Of a stretch of DNA of 51,902 bases, positions 10,324 to 18,349 are shown in pieces. The position numbers were made by a program, and so were the translations under genes. This DNA is from Methanobacteriota archaeon (GTDB lineage Archaea; Thermoplasmatota; Poseidoniia; Poseidoniales; Poseidoniaceae), in contig JAAZUV010000001.1 in NCBI GenBank assembly GCA_018623995.1, positions 1 to 51,902 of the forward strand. The letters run 5' to 3'. Position 1 is the first letter of the stretch; every line of letters begins with the position of its first letter. Below the pieces are notes generated by a model, which was not told where the DNA came from, made no database searches, and was given only the letters and a program-made list of their open reading frames with translations.

Positions 10324-11700
10324 ATGAGCACCATGTTCGATGAGGCATACGGGACGTTGCCAGAGAAACCACCTACTCTATCGAAGGAGGTCTATCGGGA
10401 ACGACAAGCTCGATTGCTCTCGCAACTCGATGTTGACGATCTCATCATTGTCTCCTCTTTACCCGAGGCAACGAGAAGCAACGATGTGCATTATCCGTAC
10501 CGTTCCTCAAGTGACATGATGTACATGTGCGGTTGGACAGATCCAGAAGCTACGTTGATGTTTTACCATGTTGATGGAGAATGGATTTCACATCTTTTTG
10601 TTCAACCAAAAGATACACTGATGGAAATTTGGGAAGGACGACGTCCTGGAACAGAAGGTGCATTGCGAGATTGGCCAATCGACCGTGCTGATTCTTCTCA
10701 TGATATGTGCCTCCATCTTGAGCGTCTCCTCGAGTCGTCAGTGCGAGTACACGTCCGTCCTGGAATTGACCCTCGCATCGATTCAATCGTGATGTCTGCA
10801 GTTGAGAAGCGTGACCGAAAGCGCCAGCACTTTGGTTCCGGTCCAATCAGTGTCGAAGATCCCAGCCGTCGCATCGCAGAGATGCGATTGCGTAAATCCG
10901 ATGAGGAGATTCAACAGATGCGTTATGCTGCAGAAGTTTCGTCGAAAGCACACGAATTGGCAATGGCAGCGAGCAAAGACGGAATACATGAATTCCAAAT
11001 TCAATCCATCATAGAGGGATTCTTTGTTTACGGAGGTACGAGTGGTTGGGCTTATCCATCCATCGTTGGGTGCGGTGAAAATGCAACGATTCTCCATTAC
11101 ACCGTCAATAATTCACCATGTCAATCTGACGAGATTATTTTGATTGATGCTGGTGCGGAGTACCAAGGTTACGCAGCAGATATTACACGTTCCTGGCCTA
11201 TTGGAGGGACTTTTTCAGATGCACAAAAGGAAATTTACGAAATCGTTCTCGATGCTCAAGAGAAAGCCATCGACGCGTGTCGAGTAGGTAACCCATACAA
11301 CATGCCACACGAAGTTGCTCGAAAAGCACTGGCTGAGGGATTGATTCGTCTTGGAGTCATTACGCAAACACTGGATGAAGCACTTGATGTTGAAACTGGT
11401 GAACTACGCAAATGGTACATGCACAACACGGGACATTGGCTTGGTTTGGATGTACATGATGTGGGTACTTACAAGCCAGATGGTTCACCACGTTTGCTTG
11501 AGGAAGGAATGGTTCTAACCGTAGAACCCGGGCTATACTTTGGTGCCTGGCGTCCTGATGTCGATTGCCCGGAGCGATATGCAAACATTGGGATTCGCAT
11601 TGAAGATGATGTCCTTGTAACAAATGGGGATCCTGACGTCTTGACCATTTCCTGTCCAAAAACAATTGATGATATTGAACGAATTGTTGGAAGTCTTTGA
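10324..11700 (+). CDS. pepP: Xaa-Pro aminopeptidase (M24B, PepP-like)
   Basis: M24 metal-ligand blocks ILIDAGAEYQGYAADITRSWP, HNTGHWLGLDVHD, VEPGLYF, GIRIEDDVLVT. The ORF-track start 10312 is TTG; the ATG is at 10324. Confidence 0.9.
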   Translation: MSTMFDEAYGTLPEKPPTLSKEVYRERQARLLSQLDVDDLIIVSSLPEATRSNDVHYPYRSSSDMMYMCGWTDPEATLMFYHVDGEWISHLFVQPKDTLMEIWEGRRPGTEGALRDWPIDRADSSHDMCLHLERLLESSVRVHVRPGIDPRIDSIVMSAVEKRDRKRQHFGSGPISVEDPSRRIAEMRLRKSDEEIQQMRYAAEVSSKAHELAMAASKDGIHEFQIQSIIEGFFVYGGTSGWAYPSIVGCGENATILHYTVNNSPCQSDEIILIDAGAEYQGYAADITRSWPIGGTFSDAQKEIYEIVLDAQEKAIDACRVGNPYNMPHEVARKALAEGLIRLGVITQTLDEALDVETGELRKWYMHNTGHWLGLDVHDVGTYKPDGSPRLLEEGMVLTVEPGLYFGAWRPDVDCPERYANIGIRIEDDVLVTNGDPDVLTISCPKTIDDIERIVGSL

Positions 11701-11709
11701 GGTGGCCGT

Positions 11710-12894
11710 ATGGCTTGGCTAGAGACGCTGCAAAGGATTCTATCTTCGGACGAAACGTTTCGTTTGACTATCGACGAATGCGTTGAACTCTACAATGACG
11801 CTCCTCTACATCAGTTGATGACAGCTGCCCATCATCGAAGATGTCTACATAACCCTTCGAATGAAGTCACCTATCTCGTCGATCGGAACATCAATTACAC
11901 CAATGTCTGCACGATCAACTGCCAATTTTGCTCCTTCTATCGGCCACCTGGTCACGAAGAGACCTATACGCAATCTTACGATGAAATACATGACCGTATT
12001 CACGAACTTGAGGCGATTGGAGGTTCTCGTATTTTGATGCAAGGGGGCGTGAACCCTGATCTTGAATTTAGTTGGTACATCGATCTCATCAAAGCGCTGC
12101 GAGAACGCCATCCAACGATTGATTTGGATTGCTTTTCGCCTATCGAGATTGAAGGAATAGCTGAAGTCACTGAATTGCCAACTCAGACAGTATTGGAACA
12201 CCTCAAGAATGCTGGAATGCATGGCCTACCCGGAGGTGGAGCTGAGATGCTTGTTGAGTCTGTACGAAAGGATGTATCTCCAAAAAAGGGACATCCTGAC
12301 AACTGGTTGCGTGTCATGAAAGAAGCCCAGCTTCTTGGATTGACAACCAGCGCAACCAATGTCATTGGATTTGGTGAATCAAACGCAGACAGAGTTCAAC
12401 ATCTTCATCGAATTCGAGAACAGCAAGAAGAAATCCGTTCGCTTGGGTTGCCTGGCTTCACATCCTTTATTGCATGGCCTGTGCAGTTGGAAACCAACAC
12501 CTTCGGAAAAAGAAATCGTGGTCAAAACAAGTTTGAACGAGGCGCTGGTTCAACGGAATACTTGCGCCATGTTGCGATTGCTCGTTTGTTCTTGGATAAT
12601 GTGGACCACATTCAAGCATCATGGCCGACGATGGGGATGGGAATTGCACAGATGGCCTTGCTCGCAGGTGCTGATGATGCAGGTTCAACCATGATGGAAG
12701 AGAACGTGGTCTCCGCTTCGGGAACGACAAAATTTAGTGCAACGGAATACGAATTACAACTTTCGATTCAACGTGCAGGATTTACCCCGAAGCGACGCAA
12801 CAGTGATTATGAGTTACTTGAAACACCTGACGCTCTCGTCAATGCACCTGAGACGATCAGTCAACCACCACGTCAAGTGGTTGAGTTGGTGTAA
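11710..12894 (+). CDS. Radical SAM enzyme of the MqnC/MqnE/CofH family (probably futalosine-pathway menaquinone biosynthesis)
   Basis: NINYTNVCTINCQFCSFYR (CxxxCxxC cluster in the family-typical context). C-terminal LLAGADDAGSTMMEENVVSASG. SD-like GAGGTGG upstream. I cannot separate MqnC from MqnE by eye. Confidence 0.8.
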   Translation: MAWLETLQRILSSDETFRLTIDECVELYNDAPLHQLMTAAHHRRCLHNPSNEVTYLVDRNINYTNVCTINCQFCSFYRPPGHEETYTQSYDEIHDRIHELEAIGGSRILMQGGVNPDLEFSWYIDLIKALRERHPTIDLDCFSPIEIEGIAEVTELPTQTVLEHLKNAGMHGLPGGGAEMLVESVRKDVSPKKGHPDNWLRVMKEAQLLGLTTSATNVIGFGESNADRVQHLHRIREQQEEIRSLGLPGFTSFIAWPVQLETNTFGKRNRGQNKFERGAGSTEYLRHVAIARLFLDNVDHIQASWPTMGMGIAQMALLAGADDAGSTMMEENVVSASGTTKFSATEYELQLSIQRAGFTPKRRNSDYELLETPDALVNAPETISQPPRQVVELV

Positions 12895-15800
12895 AACACG
12901 ACCCATATCTCAGCGACGATGTTTCGTCCACCTTTGCTTGATTCACCAGTTGGATTGTACTCTTGTCCATTGAAGAGACCTCGATAGGTCAACTCGTTGT
13001 TCTGGCCATTCATGTCAACCCAAGAAGTGATATCGAAACTCCATTGTTTGACATCCTGGCCAGCACACCAACCTGCTCTTCCAAACGGCCATGAACCGAA
13101 TTGATTGGCAACGACTCCATTGTTGACTTCGTTTTCACAGCCAGTGCTCGAATACACGATAGGATGCCACTCATAGGTGTGGTGTGAATCCATGTAGTAG
13201 TGGTGTTGATGGTCACAGAATTCAGCACAATTCGCATCGTCCTTCTGGAAACCATGACCCGTGATGGTTGCAACAATCTCGACTCTGGTCGTTTCACTTG
13301 GAACAGTGAAATTCAAGCTCCGAACATATCGACTTTCATTGTTGTATGTTCCATCGAATTGTCCTCCAGTGAAACCAAACTCAGCATCAAATGCTCGCTC
13401 ACCACTTCCCCAATTTGAAAACAGGAATTTGATGGTAAGGTCTCCTTTGTTTGCACCTTTGTATCTGAATCTTCGCTCTTGATCGTCTTCAAGCATGAAC
13501 AAATACGGGCTAATATCGGTTAACCAACGTCCTTCGCGACCATACGTTGTAATCCAGCGCATAAATTCAGTTCCACAAATCGATGAATTATCTGCATCAC
13601 AGATGTAGAGGTGTGCAAGATAATCCCATTCATGACATCCTCCATAACTTCCATCGCTCTTTTGATACCGGTTTGCTCTTTCATCACAGGCATGTTCATG
13701 GAACACTTCGAGCGTGTCATACGACGATAGATTCTCTGGTAATGTAAAAGTCGTATTCCTGTACGAATTGTGATTTGCTCCCCACCCACCAGCATGTCGA
13801 TCGAAATCGTAGAGGGTGACGACATCAATACCTGAATCCTGCATTCGAATTTCTGGTTCGAATTCGGCGTTCCATTGATGTGGTTCATATGTGTAGTGGA
13901 ATGGATCGTTCGTTTGTGAAACCCATGCATAAATTGAGCCAGTATCGCGTGCACGTTGGAAACGATCGATACCCATGAAGAATGGACTGTTGAAGTTGGA
14001 TATCATTTGGCCTAAGCCGCCTTGAATGTTGCTTGCATCCATATCGATGTAATGTATACGGCCATCCCACTGTTCTTCCTCACTTGGGTTGAGGCGTGCC
14101 TCAACATCGCTCTTTCGCGACAGGACATCGTTGTGGTAGCTTGAGTCAAATGAGCCGTAGAACAGATGGGTGTTATCAGGTAGGTTGCGAATAAATGTGC
14201 CCGGATTTGTAGACCATGTTGCAGAATTCGAGTTTCCACTTCCGTCTGTATACTTGAACATGAACAGATAGACATCATTTCCAGTCCACTTGTTTTGAAA
14301 TGTGAACGTGCCATCGAGCGTTGGTACTGTAAAGGTTGGTACGATGTCCATTGGGCCATTAACAGAAGTGCCTGTTGTCCATTGAACTGGCCTTTGGACA
14401 ATGGCACAACCATCAACATCAATCGTCCAACGTTCAGGACTGTCAGCACAAATGTCGACATTGGCAAACACACCATCACCATCGAGGTCAGCGCATCCTA
14501 CTGTGTTAACCGTTAATCCGCTCGGTGTACCTTCACATGCATCGATCAAATCGTTCACACCATCTCCGTCGGTATCACGTTCGATGGCAGCGCACCCAAA
14601 TTCATCAACATCCGTAGCATTGGCCGGCGTCGTTGGACACAAATCCAATGTTGCCCCAGTTGCATTGACATCGTTGACGTTATCGTTGTCATCATCTACG
14701 TCTTCAGTCGCATCGTAGCAACCATCCATGTCGAAATCCGTGTCCGTTGTTCGCTCTGATTGCCAATTTGAACGACCTTTCGGACATCCATCTGTTGCAT
14801 CAAATTCACCATCGTTATCGTCATCAGAATCTTCGAGGAGATCGTTGCAACCATCCTGATCCCAGTCGTTGTAGAGATTCGCAGGCCAATTGATTTCACC
14901 ATCCAAGCAGGCATCATCGACATCGAGAATACCATCACCATCATCATCGTCATCGTTGGTATCGTCATGACATCCATCTCGATCACGATCGTTCTCAAGC
15001 GTGCTTGTCCACCCCAGACTCGATGTGCAACCATCATTGGCATCCAGAATTCCGTCGTTATCATCGTCTAGGTCCTCGTCGAAATCTCTGCAACCGTCCT
15101 GATCAGCATCACTTTGAGCATTTGATGCCCATCCGTCCGATTCACCATAACCATCTGGACATAAATCAACACTATCTAGGATACCATCTCCATCTGCATC
15201 GTTGTTTTCTTCAACGATGATGGTGATGTTCTTCGAATCCTCAGTAAGCGTGTATTCTCCACATACTGCACTTGTTCGAACAACGAATGTCTCTGTACGT
15301 ACGTCAAGATCGGTCAAAATGTAGGAAAAGCTACCGTCATCCTGTAGAGGTAGTGTGTTCGTTGTCACCGATGAATCTTCTTCATTGATTTCGATCACGG
15401 TTGTGCAGGTTTCCAACGCTTCATGCAGCACTTGACCTTGAAGAATAAGCATTGCAGCCTCAACGACGAGGAATTGTGGTGCAACAATCGATGTCGTTCC
15501 TTCTTCTGGTAGGAGAATTTCGATTGTATTTGTCATTTTAATCTGTTCTCCCATTGTTGGAAAAATCGTTAGATCGACAGTGTAGGTACCTGGTTCCTTT
15601 GGTAGTAATACAATGGAAATACTTGTTGTCTTTTCCGTTATGCTGTAGTCAGATTGGCTGACAGCTACACCTGAGTGGAGTATGCTTGCCTCGACTGAAA
15701 AATCACCGACGCCTGTTGTCTCAAGGAGTACGTTTAGATTTGCAATTTCATCAAGTTCGCCAGTAATTGATTCTCTATCCCATTCTGCTGTTAATGTGAA

Positions 15801-15914
15801 TGGGATAGGTGCAGGCTCTTCCTCAACAATCTCAGAATTCGTGTCACTGTTTCCGAAACAACCGGATAGCATTAACAACGAAAGCAAAACTGCAAGGAAA
15901 GGCTTGTTGGCCAT
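12873..15914 (-). CDS. Secreted lipoprotein: Ig-like N-terminal region, TSP3 calcium-binding repeat array, C-terminal PNGase F-like (peptide N-glycan amidase) double domain
   Basis: Lipobox MANKPFLAVLLSLLMLSGC. DxDxDG repeats (DADGDGILD, DADQDGCRD, DDDNDGILD, DRDRDGCHD ...). The C-terminal ~320 aa are colinear with PNGase F: CHEWDYLAHLY, NCAEFCDHQHH, GCENEV..FGRAGWCAGQD. Confidence 0.8.
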   Translation of the reverse strand: MANKPFLAVLLSLLMLSGCFGNSDTNSEIVEEEPAPIPFTLTAEWDRESITGELDEIANLNVLLETTGVGDFSVEASILHSGVAVSQSDYSITEKTTSISIVLLPKEPGTYTVDLTIFPTMGEQIKMTNTIEILLPEEGTTSIVAPQFLVVEAAMLILQGQVLHEALETCTTVIEINEEDSSVTTNTLPLQDDGSFSYILTDLDVRTETFVVRTSAVCGEYTLTEDSKNITIIVEENNDADGDGILDSVDLCPDGYGESDGWASNAQSDADQDGCRDFDEDLDDDNDGILDANDGCTSSLGWTSTLENDRDRDGCHDDTNDDDDDGDGILDVDDACLDGEINWPANLYNDWDQDGCNDLLEDSDDDNDGEFDATDGCPKGRSNWQSERTTDTDFDMDGCYDATEDVDDDNDNVNDVNATGATLDLCPTTPANATDVDEFGCAAIERDTDGDGVNDLIDACEGTPSGLTVNTVGCADLDGDGVFANVDICADSPERWTIDVDGCAIVQRPVQWTTGTSVNGPMDIVPTFTVPTLDGTFTFQNKWTGNDVYLFMFKYTDGSGNSNSATWSTNPGTFIRNLPDNTHLFYGSFDSSYHNDVLSRKSDVEARLNPSEEEQWDGRIHYIDMDASNIQGGLGQMISNFNSPFFMGIDRFQRARDTGSIYAWVSQTNDPFHYTYEPHQWNAEFEPEIRMQDSGIDVVTLYDFDRHAGGWGANHNSYRNTTFTLPENLSSYDTLEVFHEHACDERANRYQKSDGSYGGCHEWDYLAHLYICDADNSSICGTEFMRWITTYGREGRWLTDISPYLFMLEDDQERRFRYKGANKGDLTIKFLFSNWGSGERAFDAEFGFTGGQFDGTYNNESRYVRSLNFTVPSETTRVEIVATITGHGFQKDDANCAEFCDHQHHYYMDSHHTYEWHPIVYSSTGCENEVNNGVVANQFGSWPFGRAGWCAGQDVKQWSFDITSWVDMNGQNNELTYRGLFNGQEYNPTGESSKGGRNIVAEIWVVFYTNSTT

Positions 15915-15944
15915 GTACCATACATGCCCCTGAAGGACATGAAT

Positions 15945-17078
15945 CTAACGTTCGCCGATGAAGAACTGTTCTGTTCTGGGATCGTTGATCTCTAGATCTT
16001 CCAGGTGAACGATTGAATCCGGAAATTGAACATGAACTGGGCATACCCAAAGCAGAGGCATTTGCTTGTTTCGTTTAATTTTTAGAATAAATTCCCAATG
16101 GATGCGGTGCAGTGGTGAATTGACCGTTCCAGGCCACGATTGGTTAGGGGGACTTATGGAAAATGTTCCATCATCTTCAATTCTCGAGGAACCACCCTCG
16201 GCAGAAAATCGCATGGGCCGTAAAAAGACGCCACCTTGAATATCCTTTCTCTCGATTGGCGAATCTTCACCACCCGCAGTACCATCATCCAGACTTGCCT
16301 CCCAGTGATGGGGTAACGGTGTAGATAGACCCACAGGCGGTTGTGAACCCTCCGTTGTATTGGAAAGTTCAATGAGAGCCTCTCTTGACGGTGGGAGCGT
16401 ACCCACTTGCCAATGACAGGATATCGATTTCCAATCTGGCAACTCACTGGGCAATTTGATATGACCGGACAATGGCTTTCCACTTACGATTGGGTGATCA
16501 AATTCGACAACTGGTTGCTCTATTGGTGCTCGAAAGAAGTCTTGTTGACGTTTGAGATCGACGAAATTAGCAATTAATCGGAGTACAATTGGTAGCATCA
16601 GTATGGGCACAACAATGATGCTTAGAATAGGGTAATCTAGAAGGCCAATCTGTAGGCTTTTCGTTCCAACGCTTGGTATGCCTAAGCTACTTAGCAACGG
16701 TTCCAGGAAGAGGTAGACAAGTGTCGAGAGAAGAAGAATTACCGCAGCATTAACCATTCTTCGAGCAATGCCATGGAGTTTGTTTGGAAGGATGTACCAA
16801 CCTCTTCGTTGTTGTTTTACAAGTTTAACAAATGGTTGGCTATCTGTACGGAATTCAGTCATTCCATCATACGTTTCTCCATCCTTGTTAACAATGGTTC
16901 GTTCAATCAACCATCCTTCTGAACTTTGAATGGTGTAAGGTGGCAGCACGTTGACTACCTCATCATCGCTGAGGTTGGAGGCGATTTCATCTTCAAAGAT
17001 TGGTGCAGCATTCGCATTCAATCGTTTATCATCAAACGGAGGATAGCGAACGCGATGAACAATTGACCATGATGACAT
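15945..17078 (-). CDS. Hypothetical membrane protein (two or three central TM helices, beta-rich C-terminal domain)
   Basis: ATG start 9 nt after the upstream stop. Hydrophobic segments AAVILLLSTLVYLFLEPLL and ILSIIVVPILMLPIVLRLI. No family recognised. Confidence 0.55.
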   Translation of the reverse strand: MSSWSIVHRVRYPPFDDKRLNANAAPIFEDEIASNLSDDEVVNVLPPYTIQSSEGWLIERTIVNKDGETYDGMTEFRTDSQPFVKLVKQQRRGWYILPNKLHGIARRMVNAAVILLLSTLVYLFLEPLLSSLGIPSVGTKSLQIGLLDYPILSIIVVPILMLPIVLRLIANFVDLKRQQDFFRAPIEQPVVEFDHPIVSGKPLSGHIKLPSELPDWKSISCHWQVGTLPPSREALIELSNTTEGSQPPVGLSTPLPHHWEASLDDGTAGGEDSPIERKDIQGGVFLRPMRFSAEGGSSRIEDDGTFSISPPNQSWPGTVNSPLHRIHWEFILKIKRNKQMPLLWVCPVHVQFPDSIVHLEDLEINDPRTEQFFIGER

Positions 17079-17087
17079 ATGCTCTCC

Positions 17088-18305
17088 TCAGGTGAACAGA
17101 AGCTTGACTCCTGCTTGCAAAGCCAATTTACGGAATGCTGGAACTTTCTTCAAAAGTGCGAGACCTAACGGAACTGGCTTTTCAATATCGCCGATTTCAT
17201 TGATGAGAGATATCACCTCAGGCTTCGCAAAATTCGCAAAATGTTCGTCCAACTCTTCATCCGTTCGGGTAGAAACAAGGAGATCTCTTAGCGCTCGTGC
17301 ACGATCTTGTTCCTTCTTCATTTTGGGCCACGAGGATTTTGTGACTGATTTCAAATCCTTTTCAGATAACTGATTCAGGTTGACATGTTTGACAAGTTTG
17401 TCAGCAATTGATGAGATCTGTTTGAAACCAGGTCCGAGCCCTCCGCCAGTCGTCGGTTTCGCCATACCTGCGGCATCACCAATGACGAGTACTCGATCTT
17501 TGAAGGGTCTACGAATCATCCCTGAGGGGACTGGTCCACAGTATCGTGCGGTTTCTGTGATGTTTTCAAATCGGTCTTTCCACAATGGATGCTTGAGGAG
17601 GTCGTTGTAGCAGTCAAGTACTGTACGCCCATCGAGAAGGTCAGCTTTTGACCACAGACCGATTCGATGTGTGCCATTTCCTGATGGAATCACCCACGCA
17701 AAGAATCCAGGAGCTATACTTGAACCACTGTACATTTCAAGCCAACCATCTTGGCCTTCATAGCCAATCACTTCGGTTTGGAACCCAATCATCATTTCTT
17801 TCGGATGGCCCATCTTAAATCGACGACGTACCCATGAATGGGCTCCATCACAACCAATAAGCAATTTTGCTTTCAACGTCGTTGTTTCCTCAGTGCGTTG
17901 GTTGACGATATCGATGACTACACCGTCTTCGACAACATCTGCAGATGTTGGTTGAGATTCAAGAATAAGGTCCGCACCTGCCTCAAGCCCTTGTTGGACA
18001 ACGGTTTGATCGAATCGTTTTCTGCAAACAACATACGTTCTCAATTCGCCTTCACGTCCAACAGGTACAAGTGTGCCAGATGGTCCATGAATAAGCGCCC
18101 CATCGACATCCTCAACGACTGTATCGTATGCTTCGACTGCATCCATTGCACTTGGCGTTACCAAACCTGCGCATTGGAAAGGCCTTCCAACTTCATTGTG
18201 TTCTTCGACCATCAAAACAGAAAGTCCACGTTCACACAACATACGTGCAGTATAACCGCCAACTGGACCAGCACCGATGATGACAACGTCGTAATCATGG
18301 TCCAT
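17088..18305 (-). CDS. Geranylgeranyl reductase family FAD-dependent oxidoreductase (archaeal lipid saturation type)
   Basis: DYDVVIIGAGPVGGYTA dinucleotide fold, CDGAHSWVRR, VLVIGDAAGMAKPTTGGGL. Confidence 0.85.
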   Translation of the reverse strand: MDHDYDVVIIGAGPVGGYTARMLCERGLSVLMVEEHNEVGRPFQCAGLVTPSAMDAVEAYDTVVEDVDGALIHGPSGTLVPVGREGELRTYVVCRKRFDQTVVQQGLEAGADLILESQPTSADVVEDGVVIDIVNQRTEETTTLKAKLLIGCDGAHSWVRRRFKMGHPKEMMIGFQTEVIGYEGQDGWLEMYSGSSIAPGFFAWVIPSGNGTHRIGLWSKADLLDGRTVLDCYNDLLKHPLWKDRFENITETARYCGPVPSGMIRRPFKDRVLVIGDAAGMAKPTTGGGLGPGFKQISSIADKLVKHVNLNQLSEKDLKSVTKSSWPKMKKEQDRARALRDLLVSTRTDEELDEHFANFAKPEVISLINEIGDIEKPVPLGLALLKKVPAFRKLALQAGVKLLFT

Positions 18306-18349
18306 GTGCTGAATACGGCGGACCGAACTTCAAGAAGTTTCTTCTGCGA

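Noticed and set aside
14012-15064. Antisense ORFs with strange Met/Thr/His/Val-rich translations (14012..14482, 14696..15064) and plus-strand ORFs across the same region
   Set aside because: They mirror the GAY/GGN-rich codons of the DxDxDG repeat array in the real minus-strand gene. This is a compositional artefact, not coding.
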